33,879 bases of DNA from an uncultured Candidatus Saccharimonas sp. Its GTDB lineage: Bacteria > Patescibacteriota > Saccharimonadia > Saccharimonadales > Saccharimonadaceae. The notes below the pieces were generated by a model, which saw only the letters and a list, made by a program, of their open reading frames with translations, did not search any database and had not been told where the DNA came from. The position numbers were made by a program, and so were the translations under genes. This document shows, piece after piece, positions 1-7,081 of the stretch. Where the stretch lies: NCBI GenBank assembly GCA_964613925.1, contig CAZTKH010000001.1, positions 1 through 33,879 of the forward strand, written 5' to 3'. Position 1 is the first letter of the stretch, and the number at the start of each line of letters is the position of its first letter.

Positions 1-1220
1 GCGGAAACCCGGAAACCGAAAGCCGTGTTCGTGTAGCTCGGAGCGCCGCCCAAATGCAAGTTCAGAACCCCAGCGCCGCCACCATTGTTCCAATAGCCAC
101 CACGAAGAAAAGCGCGCGTCCCAGTTCCACCATAATTGCTATAAAGCTGCCCTATCCCCTGAGTAGAACTCCAAGTGGTAACGCCAGCAATGCCAGTTGA
201 TGATGGCTGGGACAGGGCTGGCAATCCATTCATTAATAATGATGCGTTGTTCCATTGTTTTAAGGCATAGGCGACTTCGCCAGATAACCCAGGCTGTAAA
301 TTAGCTCCTATGGTTGCATTAGTCCAATCATAGACATTGCCAGACAAATCCCATATAACCTCGCCATTAGTTAAAGTAAGGGTTCGACGTTGGGTACCAG
401 TAGTTTGGCCAGTGCCAAAGTAGCCGTCGTTGTCATTAGTAGAAGCTACTAAAGCATTGGTTGGGGCGTTGTCATTATGTCCAGAATAGATATAGCCAGT
501 TCCAACTACACCACTACTCCAGTTGCTTGGCACAGATAGTACGTTTTGGGCAATTGTCATCCATTCAGGTTCGGTGATGAGGTGACAGCCAGTGCAGGCG
601 GTTTGGGATTCGGCTATTGCGTTAGTTTGAGATATACTGACCCATGGCGTACCACTAGCTCTGGATTCAGGTATGAAAGATGCGTTGTAGGTTTGGTTGC
701 CATTGTCGTTGCCTTGGATCTTAGCTTCATACTTCATAACACAGAAGTCACTAGTGCCATAGGTAGGGCTACCTGGTACTACGATGAAGCCATAAGGGCA
801 AAGTTTGGTTAAGGTTTGGGCTGATGGACCGTTACTGGCTGTAGTCCGAAGGTAGGTGGTATCTTTTTGGGCATAGAGGGAGAAGTCAGAGGCTACGCCA
901 GTTGTGGAGCTTGGTTGGTAGGTAAAGCTAATACCATTACTGAATTTAAGGCAGTAGTTAGTATCTATGTTAGGCGCAGTTGGACATTTATTGGCATCAA
1001 GGGTTGTTGGATAAGATCCGTATAAGGCATTATACATTCTTAAAATATTTGAATTATTCGTTAGATCACTTTGCAAAGCAGCAATAGTTGCTTTAGTAGA
1101 AAGGCCACTGTATGAGACCATCGTGATAGCGGCCAAAATACCAATAACTACTATAACAACGAGGAGTTCGACGATGGTGAAGCCAGGGTTGGATTTATTG
1201 TATATTTTTTTACCAAACAT
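1..1220 (-). CDS. Type IV pilin-like protein (prepilin leader plus hydrophobic N-terminal helix) fused to an FGE-sulfatase/SUMF1-like C-terminal domain. The 3' end runs off the window.
   Basis: Absent from the supplied ORF track because there is no stop inside the window. Hand translation of the reverse complement from ATG 1220-1218 gives MFGKKIYNKSNPG|FTIVELLVVIVVIGILAAITMVSYSGL, a class III signal peptide with G-1, F+1 and E+5. Further blocks are DFCVMKYEAK, CHLITEPEWMTIAQN, IWDLSGNVYDWT, LRGGYW and GFRVSA at the window edge. These match the conserved blocks of the FGE-sulfatase fold as I remember them. The frame stays open down to position 3. Confidence 0.8.
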   Translation of the reverse strand, partial: MFGKKIYNKSNPGFTIVELLVVIVVIGILAAITMVSYSGLSTKATIAALQSDLTNNSNILRMYNALYGSYPTTLDANKCPTAPNIDTNYCLKFSNGISFTYQPSSTTGVASDFSLYAQKDTTYLRTTASNGPSAQTLTKLCPYGFIVVPGSPTYGTSDFCVMKYEAKIQGNDNGNQTYNASFIPESRASGTPWVSISQTNAIAESQTACTGCHLITEPEWMTIAQNVLSVPSNWSSGVVGTGYIYSGHNDNAPTNALVASTNDNDGYFGTGQTTGTQRRTLTLTNGEVIWDLSGNVYDWTNATIGANLQPGLSGEVAYALKQWNNASLLMNGLPALSQPSSTGIAGVTTWSSTQGIGQLYSNYGGTGTRAFLRGGYWNNGGGAGVLNLHLGGAPSYTNTAFGFRVS

Positions 1221-1225
1221 ATTAA

Positions 1226-1234
1226 ATATTACCA
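1226..1234 (-). promoter_or_regulatory. Extended -10 element (TGgTAATAT) 5 nt upstream of the pilin ATG; candidate leaderless promoter
   Basis: The minus strand reads ...tttGGTAATATttaatATG. There is no Shine-Dalgarno sequence between the box and the ATG. Confidence 0.35.
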
Positions 1235-1242
1235 AATTCCAT

Positions 1243-1258
1243 AAAGCGGTCACGCTTT
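1243..1258 (-). terminator. Weak hairpin after the DUF4868-like gene; possible terminator
   Basis: aaagcg-gtca-cgcttt forms a 6-bp stem with a 4-nt loop, about 60 nt downstream of the stop at 1320. On the minus strand it is followed by only a short T-rich stretch (tttat). It lies immediately before the pilin -10 box. Confidence 0.3.
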
Positions 1259-1319
1259 TGTTAAATATTATGTTTTTATTTTAGCATAAACACGATAAAA
1301 AATTCAGATATTATCTGTT

Positions 1320-2300
1320 CTATCCTCTTGGTGGCTCACCCTCAGGATCGTCAAGCAACTTCTTTGATTTAATTTCATATCGCCTACCAGTTACAGTACT
1401 AGTAATATAGTCTTCATTTATTAGATTTACAAAAGTATCTAAGTCGTTTCCGTCCATAATAATAATCGCATCGACATCATCACTCATCAGCTCAAGTTGC
1501 ATCTCGTCGGCATATTCAATCACCTGCTTCTGAGTTATCGCCCCAATTTCAATTTTTTGCAACTTATTAATAATCTTTTTCTTTTCTCGAACCATGGTTT
1601 GTAAATCCAAACCTTCTGGAAAACTTAACTTATAAAAAGCTTCAATCTCGGCGACTTTTTTATCAGCTAACGCCTGCTTTTTGTAATCATAATTAAACAA
1701 ATTTTCAAACTTAGACTGATTAAAGACAAAAATGTCCTTATCGACAATCAAAACTTGGTTATCATCTGGAATTTTGAGACCAGCATCAGCGCTAAATGCC
1801 GCAAATTTACCATTTTTAAACTCCCAAGCCGTTGCACCTTTCAAAACCTGACCCTGAGAAATTGACTTTACGGCATAAAAAGGCTTAACCGAAGAATCAC
1901 TTTTCAAAGTAAACCGTGCCAAAATACCCTTAATTGTTTTAAATTCATGATCTTGTTCATTAAATTCAACAATGTCGCTTCTCTGTGTCTCGATTGAATT
2001 TAGCAAAGTTTCAGCTCGTCCCACATTCTCAAGATTTGTTCTTAGTAAAACATTTTCCTCATCCTCAGACAATTCAAATTCTCGAACGCCTAATCCCGTT
2101 GCAGCACCCATGTTCACAAAATTGATTAAATCAAATAAAAATAAAGGTTTAATTTGGGCATTTAACTCGCTATCAAATTTAGTCGAAAACGGCGTATAGT
2201 GCTTGTTAAACAAAAAGAATTCAACATCCAACTCTTTTTTTATTCCATCAGTTCTATTGGCCCACAAAAAAATATCCGTAATTGCTCTTGTCTCTTCCAT
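1320..2300 (-). CDS. 326-aa soluble protein, tentatively DUF4868 / KwaB-like (Kiwa anti-phage effector family)
   Basis: Long ORF with an AGGGG SD 4 nt before the ATG. There are no TM segments. Size and block pattern (VEFFLFNKHYTPF..ELNAQIKPLF; KGILARFTLK; PFYAVKSIS; IVDKDIFVFNQSKFENLFNYDY; C-terminal LINEDYITSTVTGRRYEIKSKKLL) match my memory of DUF4868/KwaB alignments. No search was possible, so the family call is tentative. That it is a real CDS is far more certain. Confidence 0.45.
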   Translation of the reverse strand: MEETRAITDIFLWANRTDGIKKELDVEFFLFNKHYTPFSTKFDSELNAQIKPLFLFDLINFVNMGAATGLGVREFELSEDEENVLLRTNLENVGRAETLLNSIETQRSDIVEFNEQDHEFKTIKGILARFTLKSDSSVKPFYAVKSISQGQVLKGATAWEFKNGKFAAFSADAGLKIPDDNQVLIVDKDIFVFNQSKFENLFNYDYKKQALADKKVAEIEAFYKLSFPEGLDLQTMVREKKKIINKLQKIEIGAITQKQVIEYADEMQLELMSDDVDAIIIMDGNDLDTFVNLINEDYITSTVTGRRYEIKSKKLLDDPEGEPPRG

Positions 2301-2325
2301 AATTCCCCTATTTATTCATGTATTA

Positions 2326-2754
2326 CTAATTAATATATCCGTTCATTCTGCCTTCACGAGCTTTGTTAGCCCATTCATCGGCTAATTCGTTTGCAGGACT
2401 TCCATTATGTCCCCTAACCCAAATTAGTTGTGCATTGGCTTTTTTATATAATTTATAAAGTTCTTGAACTATATCAAGATTTTTTATAGGAGAGCCTTTT
2501 TTTGTCCAATTATTTGCTTCCCAACTATTTGCCCAAATAGTGACGACATTTATCCAGAATTGACTATCCGTAAAAATTTGACATTCGGCATCACCAGCAT
2601 CTTTTATGGTTGCAATCAACGCCTCTCCCTCCATGCGAATATTTGTTGATGATGGCTCATAGCCTACTATAGTAGGAAAACCGTCTTTTATTACTGCAAA
2701 ACCCCCAGGGCCGGGATTAGGGCTACAACTTCCATCGGTATAATACGTAATCAT
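2326..2754 (-). CDS. rnhA: Ribonuclease HI
   Basis: YTDGSCSPNPGPGG, NIRMEGEAL, FTDSQ and VRGHNGSPANELADEWA are all present. The catalytic DEDD set is present at D7/E42/D63/D126 (my count). The protein is 142 aa. Confidence 0.93.
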   Translation of the reverse strand: MITYYTDGSCSPNPGPGGFAVIKDGFPTIVGYEPSSTNIRMEGEALIATIKDAGDAECQIFTDSQFWINVVTIWANSWEANNWTKKGSPIKNLDIVQELYKLYKKANAQLIWVRGHNGSPANELADEWANKAREGRMNGYIN

Positions 2755-2762
2755 ATTTTTTA

Positions 2763-2768
2763 ATTTTA
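2763..2768 (-). promoter_or_regulatory. -10-like TAAAAT box 8 nt upstream of the rnhA ATG; candidate near-leaderless promoter
   Basis: The minus strand reads ...ttgtgtagTAAAATtaaaaaatATG. There is no SD. Confidence 0.3.
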
Positions 2769-2865
2769 CTACACAATTGGCGCTTATCCTAGAACGGAGA
2801 GCTTTCTTTTACAAAAGAAAACACAAAAACTTTATTAACTTTTTATTACAAAAGTATGATTGACC

Positions 2866-2894
2866 TTGAAATATCTAAACATAAGTATGATAAT
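2866..2894 (+). promoter_or_regulatory. Candidate sigma70-type promoter for the micro-ORF unit (TTGAAA-17 nt-GATAAT)
   Basis: TTGAAA lies at 2866-2871 and GATAAT at 2889-2894, with exactly 17 nt of spacer. A second -35-like TTGACC lies at 2860-2865. Confidence 0.3.
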
Positions 2895-2930
2895 AGTTTG
2901 TATTAGGGCAGTGTGTCCAGAGAGGTTCTT

Positions 2931-2984
2931 ATGTCAAAAGATCGACCAAAACGAGAAGCTAAGAAGCCAAAGAAAGCTAAATAG
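2931..2984 (+). CDS. Candidate 17-aa lysine/arginine-rich micro-protein (MSKDRPKREAKKPKKAK); could instead be a small RNA
   Basis: The ATG at 2931 is preceded by AGAGG (2921-2925) with a 5-nt spacer. TAG lies at 2982-2984. A promoter-like element lies upstream and a strong hairpin terminator about 20 nt downstream. It is too short for composition-based support. Confidence 0.3.
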   Translation: MSKDRPKREAKKPKKAK

Positions 2985-3004
2985 TTAAATTTGCTTAAAT
3001 TATT

Positions 3005-3035
3005 AAAGAAACGCTAGATCTAGCGTTTCTTTTTT
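3005..3035. terminator. Bidirectional rho-independent terminator (perfect 24-nt palindrome flanked by an A-run and a T-run)
   Basis: agaaacgctaga|tctagcgtttct spans 3007-3030, with aaa before it and ttttt (3031-3035) after it. It closes both the plus-strand micro-ORF unit and the minus-strand glyQS/membrane-protein operon. The membrane-protein stop codon at 3020-3022 lies inside the stem. Confidence 0.6.
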
Positions 3036-3604
3036 AAATATACCCTTCTCAGCGAAATCATCAATATATAATCGATATTTATCACCAATAAAAATAACGG
3101 AAAAGCAAAAGCAGTAATTTTCCATTCTTGGATAGCCAATATTGTAAACAGCGCACTTATTCCCGACATAATGAACATACTAAGCGTCTCTTCGTGAGGT
3201 TTTTCCCAACAATGCACCTGCGTAGGAATACCTCCAATAAAATCAATGCAAACCATAGCAATAACCGCCATTGCTGGTGAATTAAATATATACCACAAGA
3301 GAGCCCCGATAATCGTTCCAATTAAGCAAACGATATCTAGCCGAGAAATTCCACTTTGTCTTTTTTTCCAACCCAAAACAACAATCGATAATGTAGAAGC
3401 CATTGAGAAAAACATCAAAATTGCTGTTGGATATTGCTTTTCAGCAAGTGAAGCAAAAAAAGATATTCCCGTTAGGCAGCTCCATATAAACCAAGAAATG
3501 ATGCGCGGTTTTGTCTTACCTTTTATGACGTCTTTAATATATGGGACCATTCCGGCCAACAAAATAATACTGCTCAATATAACAAATACGGAAGTTATGT
3601 TCAT
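3020..3604 (-). CDS. 7-TM membrane protein with two PQ-loop-like motifs (SWEET/PQ-loop-type 3+1+3 topology); substrate unknown
   Basis: I count seven hydrophobic segments. VPYIKDVIKGKTKPRIISW follows TM1 and a second IPTQVHCWEKPHEETLS follows TM5, resembling the duplicated PQ-loop motif. The start lies only 7 nt after the glyQS stop. Confidence 0.45.
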   Translation of the reverse strand: MNITSVFVILSSIILLAGMVPYIKDVIKGKTKPRIISWFIWSCLTGISFFASLAEKQYPTAILMFFSMASTLSIVVLGWKKRQSGISRLDIVCLIGTIIGALLWYIFNSPAMAVIAMVCIDFIGGIPTQVHCWEKPHEETLSMFIMSGISALFTILAIQEWKITAFAFPLFLLVINIDYILMISLRRVYLKKKR

Positions 3605-3610
3605 TTGTCG

Positions 3611-5014
3611 CTATAAATCTTTAATTAAAACTAATTTTTGCTCAGTCGTATCACGATCGCGGATCGTTACCGTATTGTTTTCAAGCGAATCAAAATCAAT
3701 TACTACACAATATGGCGTGCCAATTTCATCTTGACGACGATAGCGCTTACCAATATTTCCATTATCATCCCACATTACGGCTCCATGCTTCTTCTTTAAA
3801 ATCGAATAGACTTCCCTAGCCTTTGAGACCAACTCTGGCTTATTTTTAAGAAGTGGTGAAACACAATACTTAATAGGCGCCAAATTTTCTGGAAACTTCA
3901 AATAAATACGCTTCTCGCCATTTACTTCATCCTCGGTATAAGCAGTCGAAAGCACAGCCATAATAGCTCGTTCTACACCAAAGCTTGGTTCAATTACATG
4001 GGGAATAAATTTAGTGTTCGTTCCTTTAACCAAATAATCCATATTTTTACCAGCAAAATCTTGAATGTTTTTTAAGTCAAAATCAGTACGATATGCCAAA
4101 CCCAATAATTCTTCCTTACCAATTGGGAAGTCAAACTCAAAATCAAGCGTTCGCTTACTGTAATGAGCTCTTTTTTCTTCAGGAATTTCTAGTTCATGAA
4201 CAGATTCTGCTGGCAAACCAATCGCCAAACACCAATCCCAAACCAATTTGCGCCACATTTCAAAAGCTTCTTCCCATTTGGCTGGATCGACAAAATATTC
4301 AATCTCCATTTGTTCAAATTCACGAGACCTAAATACAAAATCGCGTGGTGAAATCTCGTTTCGAAAAGCCTTGCCCTGCTGAGCCACACCAAATGGCAAA
4401 TCAGGATAATAACTATCAACAATATTTTTATAATTGGTAAAAATACCCTGCGCAGTTTCTGGACGTAAATAGCTAACCGAATTTTGATTATAAAGCATGG
4501 CAGCATCTAATTCATTATTAAGATTAATAATATCTATATTGTTTTCACCACTTAAATTTATTGATTTAATATACCCATTGTCGTGATTTATTGTTGTAGA
4601 TAATGGACCGACAACAGTTTTAAACATCATGTTAAATTGTCTTGGTTCGCCCAATGTGCCAATTTTGTTACATTCTGGACATTTTGAAATATCAATTTGA
4701 TCAGCACGAAAACGCCCCTTGCATTCAGAGCATTCAACCAAAGGGTCGCTAAAAGTGCCGACATGCCCACTTGCCTTCCAAACTTTTTGGTTCATCAAAA
4801 TCGCTGCATCAACGCCGTACATATCTTCGCGGTCTTCAACAAACATTTTCCACCAAAGATTTTTGATATTCCTTTTTAATGCCACTCCTAGTGGGCCAAA
4901 ATCCCAAGTTCCGCTTAGTCCACCATAAATATCACTACCCGGATAAATAAACCCACGGCGTTTTGCCAAACTTACGATTGCTTCCATTTTTTCGTTTTTA
5001 ATATTTTCACTCAT
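3611..5014 (-). CDS. glyQS: Glycine--tRNA ligase, alpha2 (GlyQS) type
   Basis: N-terminal KRRGFIYPGSDIYGGLSGTWDFGPLG, plus YLRPETAQGIF and an FRNEISPR class II motif. There is a C-terminal anticodon-binding region. The protein is 467 aa. Confidence 0.95.
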   Translation of the reverse strand: MSENIKNEKMEAIVSLAKRRGFIYPGSDIYGGLSGTWDFGPLGVALKRNIKNLWWKMFVEDREDMYGVDAAILMNQKVWKASGHVGTFSDPLVECSECKGRFRADQIDISKCPECNKIGTLGEPRQFNMMFKTVVGPLSTTINHDNGYIKSINLSGENNIDIINLNNELDAAMLYNQNSVSYLRPETAQGIFTNYKNIVDSYYPDLPFGVAQQGKAFRNEISPRDFVFRSREFEQMEIEYFVDPAKWEEAFEMWRKLVWDWCLAIGLPAESVHELEIPEEKRAHYSKRTLDFEFDFPIGKEELLGLAYRTDFDLKNIQDFAGKNMDYLVKGTNTKFIPHVIEPSFGVERAIMAVLSTAYTEDEVNGEKRIYLKFPENLAPIKYCVSPLLKNKPELVSKAREVYSILKKKHGAVMWDDNGNIGKRYRRQDEIGTPYCVVIDFDSLENNTVTIRDRDTTEQKLVLIKDL

Positions 5015-5046
5015 AATTAATTACAATTATAACAGATTAAAAATAT

Positions 5047-5730
5047 TTATGAAATTTTTACAGCCGCATGCTGTCTTGCAATATATGCACAATCATGCAA
5101 GATAAGTTCAATCCCACCAACCTGAGCAAGCACTTTCATTGGTTTTGTGGCTAGTAATCTTAATAATTTAATATGCGAAGAATTTAAGGTGCCATTATTT
5201 GCTTTTCTTAAGCCTCTTTCATTTACGTCATATTCGTAATTGGAATCTTCAACAATCTTATTTCCTTCACAATCCGTCCAAAGCCCAAGCTCATAGCCAG
5301 TCAATACAGCATATCTTAGATAAAACCAAGCTTCTACCAATTCATAACTAATAAAATGACTATCTAAACCTGCAAACGTTTCAGCTAATAAATCATACCA
5401 ATCTAAAGTATCAGCTACATCACTTTCATCTGAGACTAATTTTATGGCACGATAAGCAAATTGCATTTTGTCATAATTTTCGATGATATTTTTATAAAAA
5501 TGCATTAATCTAGCCGAAGTTAGCACGCCCAAATCACCTTTTCCTTCCGAAATACCAACTTCACAAATTGAAAATAACTCTATGCCACCAGCTAATCTAC
5601 TCTTTTCTTTGCGAACTCCTCGAGCCATAACAGCTTTTTTTCCTTCTGGAGTAAGCAGTTGTAAGATACGATCAGCTTCACCATAATTTGTTCGACGTAA
5701 TACAATTGCTGATATTTTATTACTTTTCAT
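5047..5730 (-). CDS. recO: DNA repair protein RecO
   Basis: The N-terminal OB-fold signature AIVLRRTNYGEADRILQLLTPEGKKAVMARGVRKEKSRL is present. The protein is 227 aa. Its start overlaps the stop of the upstream receiver gene by 4 nt. Confidence 0.88.
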   Translation of the reverse strand: MKSNKISAIVLRRTNYGEADRILQLLTPEGKKAVMARGVRKEKSRLAGGIELFSICEVGISEGKGDLGVLTSARLMHFYKNIIENYDKMQFAYRAIKLVSDESDVADTLDWYDLLAETFAGLDSHFISYELVEAWFYLRYAVLTGYELGLWTDCEGNKIVEDSNYEYDVNERGLRKANNGTLNSSHIKLLRLLATKPMKVLAQVGGIELILHDCAYIARQHAAVKIS

Positions 5731-6098
5731 AAAAGAACGCTTTTTACAGCCGCCAATAAATCGGCCGGCTTCATCAAAGCTTTGTCCAAAATGCGCCTAA
5801 CGCCATATGGTTGTAAATTATTTAGGTCTAATTCACTCGCCAAATTACTACAAATTATAATTGGAATTTTACTTGTGTCATGGTAGGTCTGAAGCTCATG
5901 CATCAAGGTAAATGCCGTGCTGCCCGTAAGTAAAACGTCCAATATTAGTACGTCGGGCTTAAAACTATCAATAAGCTCAATCGCAGACAACGCATGCGCG
6001 GCAGTTTTTGTAATATATTTTTCATTTTTCAACACACGTGAAAATTGCTCAGCCAACCACTCATCGTCCTCGATTATTAAAACTTTTATTTCATTCAT
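5727..6098 (-). CDS. Single-domain response regulator (receiver only, no output domain)
   Basis: IIEDDE acidic pocket, DVLILDVLL phospho-acceptor Asp, IIICSN and MKP are present. The protein is 123 aa. ATGA overlap with the kinase stop lies at 6095-6098. Confidence 0.9.
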   Translation of the reverse strand: MNEIKVLIIEDDEWLAEQFSRVLKNEKYITKTAAHALSAIELIDSFKPDVLILDVLLTGSTAFTLMHELQTYHDTSKIPIIICSNLASELDLNNLQPYGVRRILDKALMKPADLLAAVKSVLL

Positions 6099-6835
6099 AA
6101 CAAACTCAACTGTTTGGAAGATTGTAAGTCAATATAAAAAGTCGCCCCGTCACGATGACGAATAATGCCAACATTCCCATTCATAGCATCGGCAAATTGA
6201 CTCACTATATATAGTCCTAATCCGCTGCTCTGTGGCCTAGCATGAACTGACGTTGTTGAAGCGCCCCTTAGTCTACTCGTTAGCATATCTAGGGTATTTT
6301 TTGGCAAAGCTGGGCCATAATCGCGAACCCCTAAACGAACATTTTTTCCTGATCCCTTTGTATCAATTTTGATTTCAATCCTATCACCATCTTCGGTGTA
6401 ATTTAGCGCATTATCACTTAAATTAATTAATATGCGTCGTAATAATTCACGATTTCCAACTAATAATTGTGGTTTTTTGGTTGCAATAAGTTTAATACGA
6501 CGATTATGAGCTTTGAAAAGTGGCGTCATTTCTCGAATAACATCTTCGCAAAGTTGCTTTGGATTAATTGGTTCAAGTTTAAATAATGATTCAGATAAAC
6601 GTGCTGAATATGTCAAATCACAAGTCAGCCGAAGCGCCTTCTCGGTCGTTAGGCTAATTTGATGCAAAATACGTTTTTGTTCTTCTCTTGAGATATTGTC
6701 ATCTTCCAGCATCAAGGATAGCTGACGAACCAATGCCAGCGGCGATTTTAACTCATGAGCTGCCACAATAACCGAAGGCAAGCCATTTACTAGCTTTCCC
6801 TCCGGCACAGTCTCATATCCCCTATCATTATTCAT
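6095..6835 (-). CDS. Cytoplasmic histidine kinase with DHp and CA domains only; no TM segments or sensor domain
   Basis: H-box AAHELKSPLA begins about 25 aa from the N-terminus. N-box NLSDNALNYT, RDYGPALP and G-box SSGLGLYIVSQFA are present. The protein is 246 aa. Confidence 0.9.
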   Translation of the reverse strand: MNNDRGYETVPEGKLVNGLPSVIVAAHELKSPLALVRQLSLMLEDDNISREEQKRILHQISLTTEKALRLTCDLTYSARLSESLFKLEPINPKQLCEDVIREMTPLFKAHNRRIKLIATKKPQLLVGNRELLRRILINLSDNALNYTEDGDRIEIKIDTKGSGKNVRLGVRDYGPALPKNTLDMLTSRLRGASTTSVHARPQSSGLGLYIVSQFADAMNGNVGIIRHRDGATFYIDLQSSKQLSLL

Positions 6836-6874
6836 ACAATATCATTGTATCACGCAAATTTTACAAATTATTAT

Positions 6875-7081
6875 CTATTCTTCGGTATCAAATTTTTTCT
6901 TGACTATTTCAATCTCATTTTTCAAAGAATTTAAATCCTCTTCAATCTCCAACGCTAGCTTTTCAGCTTCTTTATATTTTGCAAGCGCTTCTTCTAATAC
7001 AAAATTTTCACCATCAAACCAACTAACCAATTTTGTTAATTCATCAGTTTTTTCCGAAATAGTTTTATTTTTTAACGACAT
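6875..7081 (-). CDS. xseB: Exodeoxyribonuclease VII small subunit
   Basis: 68-aa helical protein with the pattern LTKLVSWFDGENFVLEEALAKYKEAEKL. It overlaps the 3' end of xseA by 17 nt. Confidence 0.85.
   Translation of the reverse strand: MSLKNKTISEKTDELTKLVSWFDGENFVLEEALAKYKEAEKLALEIEEDLNSLKNEIEIVKKKFDTEE

Noticed and set aside
546-812. The 88-aa plus-strand ORF in the track.
   Set aside because: It lies entirely antisense to the well-supported pilin/FGE-like reading frame, uses a TTG start and has no SD. It is a shadow ORF.
3020-3604. Could the 194-aa membrane protein be the missing KwaA partner of the DUF4868/KwaB-like gene? Its size is similar to KwaA.
   Set aside because: I count seven TM segments with duplicated PQ-loop-like motifs, not a 4-TM protein. 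It is coupled to glyQS by a 7-nt gap. It is also separated from the rnhA cassette by a strong bidirectional terminator and an opposite-strand unit.
3246-3734. Longer antisense ORFs in the track (3246-3734, 11788-12258, 29874-30263, 20302-20637, 8352-8696, 14588-14914 and other short ones).
   Set aside because: All are embedded opposite strongly supported conserved genes. Their translations are low-complexity (S/T/I/F/K-rich), typical of antisense frames in AT-rich DNA, with no SD or promoter context.
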